From contig NC_092677.1 in assembly GCF_964355755.1 (NCBI RefSeq), positions 3,308,101 through 3,372,100 on the forward strand: a stretch of 64,000 nucleotides of DNA, in the 5' to 3' direction. How positions within the stretch are numbered: the stretch's first letter is position 1; every line of letters begins with the position of its first letter. This document shows, piece after piece, positions 1-12,400 of the stretch. The position numbers and the translations under genes were made by a program. This DNA is from Antedon mediterranea (Eukaryota; Animalia; Echinodermata). The notes beneath the pieces are model-generated. The model did not search any database, had not been told where the DNA came from, and was given only the letters and a program-made list of their open reading frames with translations.

Positions 1-122
1 CTCTTGCAAATTAACTTTCTTAGAAATTGTAACTGTTAAATTATATTCAAATTGTTCTGATTTTCTGAAATAAAGTTTACAATAGATATTAAATAAAACA
101 TTTTTAAAATGTTTAAACTAAC

Positions 123-427
123 CTGTAAAATTACACCTATCTCGTTGTCATCTTCCTCCTTCAAATCCTTGACGGTGTACACAGCCTGACCAAAAACTGG
201 TATATTATCATTTGCATCCTGGACATAGATAATCAGTCTTGTAGAGTTTTCATTCAAACCATCTGTTACTACGTAGTCTAGCTCGTACCTCTCGATGCTT
301 TCAAAGTCCAACATAGCAGCTACTTTAACGTCGCCTGTGTCGGAATCTACTTCAAAGACCGCGTTTTGATATTCCATGTCACCGGGGTAGGTTTTCCCGC
401 CAGCTATTAAGTAGTTTAGTTCGCTAT
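123..427 (-). CDS. Cadherin A exon 14 (EC10/EC11 start)
   Basis: [11 protein letters not shown]...LDFE...QDANDNIPVF...VILQ; AG acceptor at 428-429, GTTAG donor; 305 nt, same as gene B exon 14. Confidence 0.9.
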
Positions 428-3400
428 CTGAAACACAAAACAAGATCAAAATACGTTGAAATGACACTTTGGTTCACATAGTTGTCTTCATATTTTTTTA
501 CCTCCGCCAAGGAGGTATATGTAATCGGTAGCGTGTGTTTGTTTGTTTGTTTGTTTGTTTGTTAGCAGGATTACTCAAAGACTTGGAGTGGAGCTGTGGC
601 TTGGTGGTTATGATGCTTGGCTACCAATCTAAGGGTCCTGGGTTCAAGTCCTGTCATATGTCAGGGTTTTTTTCTCATGACAATTTACAACTCCACTCCC
701 AAAGACTTAATAATAAGTCTTTGTTTATGTAGAGCATCTTGTGTATATGTTTGTCTTGTGAAATTATTAAATAGTTTATCCATCCTGTAATTGGCGGGTT
801 ACTCGCTGTTGGATGAGTATGAAATAAAAAAAAAAAAAAAAAAAAAAAAAAGAAAAAGTAATTACAAGATCTTTACCAAAATGAATATACAGATAGATAT
901 GTGTTCAAGGACCATTCCATTAAATTTTGGGACCATTGTCCCAATTCTGGACCACTTTTTAGTATACTTTTCAGACCTGCTAGTGTTAAAAGATAGGACA
1001 GAATTTTTCAAAAGCTGGCGAGCAGTCTTAAAGTAACAAGTATACTGAAATTGCATTTTCTCGAGAACTACTTGTCCAAAAAACTTCATTTTTGTAAAAG
1101 AGGCAAGAGTTATAATTTGTGATTTGTAATTTTAAAACATAATTTGATTTAATGTTCACGTTTTTTTATGCCAGTAGTTTAAAAAACCTATTTTATTTTC
1201 AAATTCACTCGTTTGATTTTCGCGTTGCTGTTCTATTGTTAGTCAACTGAAGCTATTGTTAATTGAAAGGCTTGTTACATAACCATTACACCAAACTCGC
1301 ATACACATGCTTGTAGTGAAATTAGCCTAAATCACAAACAGCATTAAGACACACACAAATATATATATTTTTTTTTTTCCGGAGAAATCTTATGTAGGAG
1401 AATTTTACAGTAGGGGGAGGTATGCACTCTCGGAGTGGCTTTCTAGTTTTAAGAGAGGTCTCGGCACGGAAAGTTACAACTGAAAATTTATGCAAGCTGA
1501 TCTATATCTCAGTCTAAAATATTTGCAATTTAATATTGGACCATGTCAAAATAATTCTACTGCAGTTACTGCAGCAACTACAGTACTTTTCTAAAACCAT
1601 GTATGATTTTAATTTTTTCGAGTTTGCATTCACTGGGTAAAATAGATTCAAGAGTAAACGAAAAAATCGTTACTGCAGTAGAATCATTTTGACATGGTCC
1701 CTAAGCTGAATCATACCTTCGTCTTTGTCAGTTGCGGTTGTACGTGTGACGACGGTGCCGATCTGAGCACTCTCGATCACGTTGGCGCTGTACTCCACGT
1801 CATCAAAATATGGGTTGTTATCATTTATATCGATAATCTCAACACGCAGTGTTATTGTAGCTACAAAAAGAAAAATAAAATTACAAAATTATCTATATTA
1901 AGTTCTTTATTAAAAAATGTTCTTCCACATCTTGAGTTTGAAAAAATGCTCTCATGCATTTTGAGTTCGAAAAAATGTGCTCATGCCTACATCACACATT
2001 TTGAGTTTGAAAATAATTTTCTCGCACATCTTGAGTTTAAAAAAAAAAGTTATACATTACACATTTTGAGTTTGAAAATAATTTTCTCAAACATCTTTAT
2101 TTTGAAAAAATGTTCTCATGCATGTTGAGTTTATAAAAAAGTTCTACATCACACATTTTGAGTTTGAAAAAATGTTCTCATTCATGTTGAATTTGAAAAA
2201 AATGTTCTGTTAAATTTTAAATATTTACATAGCAAACTATACCTCTATTAGGTTCCCCATTCTTTGGTGGAATAGCAGTGGGGGCGCCATCTTCTGCGAT
2301 AATAAACAATGTATACCCATCAATTGCCTCTCGATCAAAATTTCCATTAGTAGTTATTTCTCCTGTCGTTGGATTTACTTCAAATAAAGGTTGGGGATCT
2401 TTTGCTGGATCTTGTGCATAAGTAACCTGCCAAAAAAAAATTGCAGTGATAGTATTGAGTAAAATGGCCAAGCGGTTAAGGCGGGGGCGCCATTTACTGT
2501 ACCTTAAGAGCCAACAATATCTGCATGAGGCTCAGTGTTTACACAGTTTACCTGTGTGCACTTAAGGAACCCAGTTCAACATTCGAGAGGAGTAGGGGTT
2601 TACAAAATAGGGTGATGACCCCCTATCTGATAGGACAGTGATTAATTTAATCCTTGGCCACAGACATAAAATTAAAATTAAATAACTTATTGCTTAAATA
2701 GTGATTAAGTAATTAGTAGAGATAGTTTGGAGTTTAAGATGATCTTACACTTTTATTTTATTAATTTTTTTATTAAACCTTTATTTAGTGAGGGTGACCC
2801 TAAACAGCGTATGCTGACTATCAAGGGGCCCTCATATAAACATTATAAAAAAAACATATATGGAAAAGAAAAATGGATGGACTATGTTTTATAAAACATA
2901 TATACATAAATACAAAAATATAGCCTACAATACTATACAAAACGTTGAGGTTTTTCTTTTTGAATTAAATATTTTTTTAGAGAAGACTTAAAATTGTTTA
3001 TCGTTACCGCATTTCTTAGTTTTTAATGATACAATGTGATCTTACAGTTTTATACGCTAATACTGTGTCCGTGTCCTCAGCATGTACTGTAACAACTTCC
3101 TTATTTTGGCCTGTGTAATCTCCCTCTACTAGGTTGACCGTGTACTTGGACAGGTCAAACTGGGGTGTACGGTCATTTTCATCCACTATGTTAACTGTCA
3201 CGGTTATATAGTCAGCTAATTGAGAATTATCATCAGTAGCCTGGATTAGCAGTTCGTAGCTAAAAATAAAATTCATAATTTTAATCTGAATTTGAAAAAA
3301 CCTCACGTATGACCTAGGTATATTACCAGTATGATACAATGTGACCTTTGACATCAAGTATCAGTTATCACCTGGTTTTACTTTGGTAATTATTAAGGAC

Positions 3401-6400
3401 ATGCTACTGCATGCTCGAATGTGGCTGACAAGTCTAATATTGGAAAGGAAGGCACAACTACAATGGGTACAGAATGATATTTAAGATGGAAATGATTATA
3501 AAGATGACAATGATTGTCAAGAATATGATTTTGATGATTAACATTTATAGTGAAAATGATTATAATAAAAAAAATCTTAAATTCACTCATTAAAACTTTA
3601 AAATCTGGCATGTAGAACAACGCACAATTAAGTGTAAAATTAAATAAACCACACCTTTGAACTTCTTCATAATCCAAATCGTCAAATACATGTACGGCTC
3701 CTACTGTAGGGTCGGGAATCTGGAAACTACGAGGGCGGTTTGTTTCAGGAGTAGTCCCGACAATGAGCAGATATGTTATGGTTGACAATGGATCAGACGT
3801 CGTCGCGTTAACAGTAAACACTTTAGTGTTAATTGGTGTACTTTCATCAACATCCACAGCGTCGACTGGAGAAAACACGGGTGCGCCGGCTTGATTGTCG
3901 ACCAATGTGATGTCAATGGTTGATGTCACGTCTTGGATTTCCTCTTGGTTATTATCTCTTGCTGTCACTGTTAATTCAATATTCTAAAGTAAAAAAAAAA
4001 AATGTAGAAAATCCGTAAAATTGATGCATACAAAAATCGTCTATACAATATGCTTGCACTGATATGCTCAATGTGGTTGGTCTTGACCATGTATTCAAAT
4101 ATGGTAGTGATGTGACATCATCATGTCCATATATGGGCACATCACATTTGTTTTGTCACATAAAGTTTGATAGTGTAGACAGGGCTTAAGTTATACTATT
4201 GGTTAAAGAGCACAATTGCTTATTGAGTAAAAAATAAATTCTAACCCTTTCTGCATTTAAAAGTGAAGACTTCACTTTAAGAGTTCCATCTGTATCTAGT
4301 TGAAACTCGCTACTTGTTTGTCTCAATGTGTAAATTAAACCATTTTGATCTTCCTCATCCGGGTCATAAGCTTCAATTTTGATCACTTCACTGCCAACAC
4401 TTAATGTATCCTGGATAGTAACTATAGGAAAAAACAAACAATTAAACTTTAGTGACTAGAAGGGCACTCAGAGAGCGCAACCCTTTGCCTAGGCATATGA
4501 AATTGTAATGACGTGTTGCCATACAGCTATGAAACCATCCTTTAAAATCTTATAAAAATTTGTCAATAACTTTTTGAATAATCGTGCTAACTAACAAATA
4601 TAAAAAGAAACAAACACACACACCACATAACCTCCTACAACAAAAGATTCTTTATGTGTACTAGATATTAGGAAGCCTTCTAGACCTACGACCAAGCTAT
4701 GTCATGTTAATCAAGCGCATACTGGATATTGGGATATATTTCTAGATGCTAACAACGACCGATGCCATATCAATTGACGTGACCTAGTTAGGTCGTCATT
4801 GATGAGTTCATATGTCACCACTTCCAGGGGAAATATCAATCTATAGATTTGGACTCTTCAGCCCTACAAAATACACCAATAGCGCGCAAACAGCACACTC
4901 TAACAAGAGGGTTTACAGATAATGGTGATGATGGAAGTAAAATCATTATCACCTGATGTTGGACTTAGTATTGGAATTTCATCATTCACATCGTCAACGG
5001 TCACCGATATCTGGCAAAACCCTGTTAACCCATATTCTGCACTGTCTTCAGCAAGTATCGTCAGAGAAAAAGTTTTATCCTGTTCACGATCTAATCGTCT
5101 TCTCGTTCTTAACAGACCTACACCGCTACTAAGAGTCTCTATTTCAAAATATCCTTGTTTTAATTCACTCTCTACAAGAGAGAATGAAATCACTCCATTG
5201 ATCCCTGGGTCTGCATCGGTTGCTGTTACCTGATAAGTGATATATAAATAAAAAATAGGTTAAGAAAATAAAACACAACAAAAGCTTCCTTCTTATCCAT
5301 TTTTCAATATGTTATAATAATGTCCTTTTTTTCTAATGCTCATCGGTCCCCACCTGGACTCAACATCCGACCACTAACAAGTTTTAGTTTGATTTCTAAA
5401 CATCATTTTGGACATGCTGGGGAAAACTCTGAATTTACTTTAAAACTTACTTCAAGAACAGATGCACCTCTCTCCTGTTCCTCTGCTACAGACGGATTAT
5501 ACGAATCGCAGTCAGGAAATTTTGGAGCATTATCGTTGATGTCGTTGATACTGATTGTAACAGTAGCCATTGAAGACAGTGTGACGACCGGATTACAACA
5601 CAAACCGTCATCCATTGCTTCTATCGTTAGTACGTATGATGCTTCGCTTAGTGATCCTGCTGCCGATGTTCGTGATACAACACCTGACGGAAATAAAATA
5701 AATAAAATTTGAATGCTATTTTTAGAATTGTTTGATAAGACTTCAAAGCAAAGGCCATGTGCTCTTTCCCAGACCTACACCCCTACCCCTCCTTCCCAGA
5801 CCTCCAGCACCCCCACCCCACCTTTCCAGACCTCCACCCCCAACCGGGAACCCTTCACCCGTTTTACAGAATCACTACTTACCTGTATACTGATCAACAT
5901 CAAACAGGTTTGACCCCGATACTTTCCGAAAAGTAACCGAATCGCCATCCTTATCGGACGCGTAAATTGTATTGATCTTGTAACCAGACGTCACTGTGTC
6001 GTCAACATCGAAGGTGTAGTTAGACTGACTGAACGTTGGGCTGTTATCGTTCACATTCATTAGGTCAACTTGGACTTGCGACGTTGCCGACTTTCCGCCC
6101 AAGTCAACGGCAGTGACATCAAATTCATACATGGAAATGGATTCGTAGTCAAGTTGCATTGTGGGAAAGATGGTACCATTTTCATCAATTCTAAATGGAA
6201 CGCCATTTGAAAGGGAAAGGAGGAGTGATCCGTAGTATTCTCCATCTTCGTCAGCCACAGTGACTATTAATACAACAAATAAAAAACAATATAAATTATG
6301 TATAGGGGCCTATTAATAATTACCACCAAAATGACATATAACCATAATAAAAAAAGGCGTTGAATAATGATCCACATACAGACTTTAATTTATTATGCTA

Positions 6401-9400
6401 ATTATTCTTTAGTCTAGGCCTATATCATGTTGTTGTTCAATGTTTTAGAAATATGTGGCTACTAGGCGGTCACTAGACTAGGCAGTGTTGTCAGTGCTTG
6501 TTGTTTGTGCTTCTTACCCTTTTTAAAAACATTAAATTTAAACATTTAAATATTATCTAAATATCTGGACCTTGTTTTATTTTTCCTTTTAAGTTGTAGA
6601 TTCTTGTCCAATAATTGTTTTTAGTATATATAGTAGTAGTATAAGTTTATAACATTAAACTCTGTCACAACAACCAATCAAAATGCCTAGGCCTAGATTG
6701 TGTATGCAGAGTTGACAAAAAGAAGGCGACCACCTGGCCTGGCTTTAGAGGGTACGACGGTCCTACTAAAGAGCTAAGCCTTGGCAAAGGCCTCACCTAT
6801 TTCTCAGTCAACGAGTTGACCTTATTATAAACATAACCTGAAACAAATAGAAGTTTTGTAGAAAATCCTACCTTGGCCAACTGCTGAATCTGAATTTTCG
6901 GGAATATCTCGGAAAGCGTAAAACAATTGACTGAAAACTGGTCCGTTATCGTTTATGTCCAATATATCAGTCACGTGTACCTGAAATAAACAACCAATCA
7001 CAATGAAGTGTAAACTTTTTCGATTACGTAATATTTGTTTACTTTTTTTTCTCCAACACAGGTGGTTAAAGATTTACGTTTTCACGAGCATCCGATCAGG
7101 AAAAACTCGCGAAAACTTTTATATTAACTAATTAGTGTATGTATAGACATCTCTTACCTCACAAATACTCTCGCCGATCGAATCAACTGCTTTAACCATT
7201 ATAGTATAGCTGCTAAACATCTCTCTGTCCAATGTTGTTGATAGTGTTATCAATCCGTTTTGGTCAATCGCATGATCAGTTCCCGCAGGTTGATCGGAAA
7301 TTGAATAAGTCACGGGGTCCGTATTAAACGATCTCGCCTGCACTGTGATTAAACTAAAACAATACAATTAATTAATTATTTGATTTGATTTAGGCCTACC
7401 AACGCCAGGGAAAACAGAAAGTCAACGTGCATGTAACCCTACACTTATTTAGGCCTATGCCGTATCGTTATTTTAAAAAAAATATAAAGGTTTACAGTAT
7501 AACACTACAATTTTATGAATTCAAAACTAATATAGAACTAGTATACATACTTTGTTGGGAGTGACGTAATTTCTTCCGTTATAACTACGTTATACGTTTC
7601 TCTGGTGAACTGAGGAGGGCGTTCTCCCACTTTAACCCGGATGTCGGCGGCAGCCTCTCTTGTGGTGTTGTTCTTCTCTGATGCCGTTACTGTCAAGACG
7701 TACTCCTCGCCGTCCACAAATGAGCTCCCTTGCTGTTTCTCGATAAAAACATTACCAGTCACTGGATCCACGCCAAACATGTTGCTTTTATCTGGTGATC
7801 AAAAGAATTATTAGGATTCATTATCCATAAAATTTTACAGAAGGCTTACTTTCAATAAATACAAACTAACAAGTGCGAACGAACATAATCTGATCACTCA
7901 CCGAACATACTCCGATCACTCACCGAACTGAATCCGATCACTCACCGAACATACTCCGATTACTCACCGAACATACTCCGATCACTCACAGAACTGAATC
8001 CGATCACCCACCGAATTACATAATCAGTGCATAGTCTAGACACACACGTATACTTGCCTATGTTTATTTTATTATTACTCTGTTTTATACATTTGTTTGT
8101 TATTGTAAGTTAGGCAGAATACTCTAAATCATTCCCTTAACTTTTGTCTGCTAGTCATCACTATCTATTTTTGTCTACGTTTTACCGTGTATGATGATGT
8201 ATCATTGTTAATGTTAATTTTAAAAGTAAAAGACTGAATTAATGAATTATATTTTCCAGATTTTAAACTTACCACTAAACAGACCATACACGATTTCTGT
8301 ATCGGGGTCTTCTGGGTCACGTGCATATAATGTGTACACCGTGACGTCATTAACAACATTTTGTGACGTCACAGCAAGGTAGGGCTCATACTCCATCATC
8401 CACTCAGGTGGCTCATTTACATCCAGTACGTTGAATGTTAATTGCACGGATTCTGACGAACCTATGAGAAGATAGATAAAAATAGATTAACATTTATTTT
8501 TAAATAAGGCAGAGATACAAAGTTAAGCTATGTGACAAAAATGTGATGTGCCCATATATGGACACGAGATGATGTCATATTACTACAATATTTGGGCATA
8601 TCGATACCATATTTGGGCACATAGGCCTATCAGACTTTTTTTTAACATCATGAGAGCGAAGCAAGTTGTCAGTTCATTTTGTTGCTTTCCGCAATCGTCG
8701 AACATTTTGAACGGAGCATTATCACGCGGATCACAATTTATCAATGAACCGTTACAGCTTTTGAAAACTTTATTAAGTCTTTCTTTTAATCGAATTACAC
8801 TTTCAACACAAAAGGCCTACTGATTTCCAAAGTGCATGGTCAAAAATATATACTACAACATTTCAAATAGTAACAACATTTACAATATAGAAATTAAAAC
8901 ACCATAAAAAAAAAACTAGGCCTATTTTACAAAAGGTAATCAGATTAGTTGTACAGTTACTGTAGGCTAGATGTGTATTTCCTTATAATACTTCGAATGT
9001 TGCGTCAGTTTGTTTCTATCATTGTTTCGTTGCTTTTGTATTCTATATATAACATCGCATTACGCCTACGTCGACAGATAACACATCGTTTCCTTATCAT
9101 TACTTGAAATAGTCGCTCTTTCGGTTTTGTAGTTATTATACGTAATTAAATTACATAATAAATATAAATACCCGCGGGCCATTATTATATTATGTTAACA
9201 GTAATGGTGGTAATAAGAATTTTTTTTTTTAAATCTCATAAAACTACTAATAAAAACGAAAATTAAAAGGCATCGTTAAAATGTAAACTGAAAACGACGC
9301 TTTCGCTTTAACTAATTTGAAAACATTATATGAAAAGCTTGCGGGAAATTTTTACTTGTTTATGATTGAAATCAGATGAAACTTTCTTACAAATATCCGG

Positions 9401-12400
9401 AAAGTTTGTTTTTTTGCCGTGTTTCCGCAAACAAAATTATCGGTTTATTTTTTAACCAATAAAGTGCGCATTATCAGTCATTACCAAAACAACCAGATGC
9501 CCAATCACAACGCAACAATTTGTCCTCTCTATTTGTAATCAACATGAAATCTAGCTATAACAATATGTTAGTTATTAATGGTTTCCCCCTGTTATCTTCT
9601 TTCGGATCCGCCACAATCACACTCATACCGTACCACACTGCACTCATGCCCCCGGAATGTGAATGTAACACGAAAATACTTCAGTAATCTATTCGATAAA
9701 CATAGACTTTAAGTTTAACTGATAATTCGTTAATCAAATTTGATTTATCATTCTTTTGAATACGTCACGACATATTAACATATTTTACGGGGCGCAGTTT
9801 GGGACATTTCTGAAACATTGCTATGTTATGTTTTAAAATATATCATGGAACCTCGTAGTTTAGTCTAGGTTCTGGACGGAGTTTTGAATTAATATTATTA
9901 TTAGTAAAAAGATAAATATTTTGGCAAATATGGCGTTTCATACGTAAGCTAGGCCTACTTGAAAAAGACAATATCTACAGATTTGGGGGCAAGTCTACCC
10001 GTAGTTTAACCGTCGATGATCGACATACTTAGCTTAATCAACCGTCTCTTTAATTAGTAAAACTTGCATAAGCGAAACCTACCATCATATTCAAAGCGCG
10101 TAATGATTCTACGAATCTGGTGACGTCATCATAATGGTGGTTATAACGTACGGAAATTAAATGAAAAACATAATCACAAAGGAAAAATTGAATAAGCTTT
10201 CTAACAATGATTGGTAACCACTATTTATTGAATGTGATAAATATTTGCAAAGCTGAGTCATGTTTGAATACAACGCCCCATGATTATTCAAACTTAATTT
10301 TTACAATTGTGTTGTAGTCTGCTTTGAATAAACACTAAAACTCACTATGTACACATTGCAGCACAGTGAAAATCAAACAAAACAGTACATAGAATATGCA
10401 TATCCAAAAAAGGAAATACATATATTATTATGTCGATTTAAATTGTTTCGAGATAAGGAACCGTGTTTAAAATTATATTACTGCAGTTACTGCAGTAACT
10501 TTGCTTATTTTGTAAACCCTTTATATTCATTTTTTTTTTGGTAAACCTATATGATACAAAATGTTGTGACTGGCTCATATACATTGAAACAATTGAAAAT
10601 CATACGTTATTATTACTGCAGTAAAAAAATGTAGTTACTGGAGTAACTGTATTAGTAGAATAATTTTGACGGGGTCTCTAAACGAATAGCATAACTCACT
10701 GCCCTATAAAATAAAGGTTTACGCTATATAAAGTTCAGAGTAGGACGCAACGCAATGACGTAAGTTACCTACGTTGTTACGTTGCGTCCAAGGCGGAAAC
10801 CAAGCTAAATAACCACAATAAGAATATGGGACTTGACTAAAGTAGCCTATACCAACAAGTTTAAATGTACAGTAGGTAATTGATTGATTGATCACTTTAT
10901 TTCAGAATAAAAATTCCATATATGTATATAACAAACAATAAAACGGAAAATCACACTAAAATAGGATAAAATAGTAATCATCAGATATTGTGTATTTATA
11001 AAAAAAATATGTAGGATCTATGTGAAATATTTATTTAGCAACAAAAACAGGACCATAGGACCTATATGAAATAATCTTACTTTACATGCCGTTAAATAGT
11101 GATGCAATGGATGAGCACCAAGGTGGACGACTGACCGATGACGAGGTTCGATGATATGGCAATCAGAAGCGGAGGGAGATACGAATAATTCTAACTGTAC
11201 TTTAGCAATTGATATCATACACTATGTTATCTACCTGGTATTGCACTATTACATCTATGTATTATTTTACATGTGCCGCGTCACATAAAGTTTGTAATAA
11301 TGGAATCATTTTATGGTTAAATGGAATACAGGGTCACAGTACAGGGGATCGGTATTACGTGGAACGGATGTAAAATGTCGTCCCATAGTTTATAATTTAA
11401 GGGTTCACGTATATTAGTAGGTATATACGTTTGTATAAAGCTCTGTCTACACTATCAAACTTTATGTGACAAAAAATGTGATGTGCCCATAATATGAACA
11501 TGATGATGTCATATCACTACTATATTTGGGCATATCACTACAATTTTATCAAACAAGTTTGATAGTGTAGACAGAGCTTAAAAGATGTCCCTCTATAAAT
11601 TCTAAAACAATTTTTTTCAAAACATTTTACTGTGGACCAGAAAACTGGTGCCAAGTTATTTTCGTACGTACGTCAGAGGCGATCATAACAAAAAACTTCT
11701 GAACATACTATAGTTTCAAGATTTAAAGTTTTAAAATGTACATATACTGTACACGAGTCAGCACTATACATTTAAGAGATGACCCCATATACACCTTTAA
11801 AACATTTCAAAACATTTTGCTGTGAACATATCAGACAAGTGCCAAAGTTATCGTACGTACGTGGAGTCATCCAGACGATATCATCAATAACAACTGTAGG
11901 CCTACGGTATATGATATAGTGTTATTGATGTGCGTCTGTTAATGTGTGTAACCTTACACTTAAAATTCACAAATGATGGATGTTCGATACACTCCATAAA
12001 CTGAAATTTTGTAGAAGGGGGGATAAAAATATGTGCGCAAAAATGTACCAGTTAATAAAACAATAGTACAATAATTGAAGTTCCAAATAGGTCACGTATT
12101 GAAGACATTAAAGCTTGGTTCCCACTAGGACGCAACGCAAGTACGCACGCGCAATTAATGTGACCAATCACAAGCAATGGATATTCGAACTGCTTGTAAT
12201 TTTTGTCAACTCGTTCTTACGTTGCGCTTACGTCATTGTGTTGCGTCCTAGAGTGGGAACGAAGGTTTAACTTTATCCCTGGTTGTACAAGATACAAGAT
12301 ACAAGTCTACTTTATTGTCAAAATGTTGAGATATGTTATGTTCTTTGGTAGATCATTAAATAATACAAAGTGATAATTATTTAAATGAATTAATACAAGT

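Noticed and set aside
588-660. tRNA gene
   Set aside because: Has A/B boxes but no convincing cloverleaf, and continues into a shared body and poly(A) tail: a SINE head.
4922-5712. + strand ORFs overlapping cadherin exons (also 27045-27299, 29281-29667, 30555-30851, 37083-37304, 43362-43544)
   Set aside because: Antisense shadows of the cadherin reading frame with no independent motifs.
5768-5845. C-rich repeat / G-quadruplex candidate and Pro/Thr-rich ORF 5713-5913
   Set aside because: Three short degenerate copies in a small intron; no evidence of function or coding.
10880-11218. LINE reverse-transcriptase remnant (HPLH motif, TGAT microsatellite end); similar hint at 12286-12700
   Set aside because: Only a 4-aa motif and a short tail repeat; too weak to call without a profile search.
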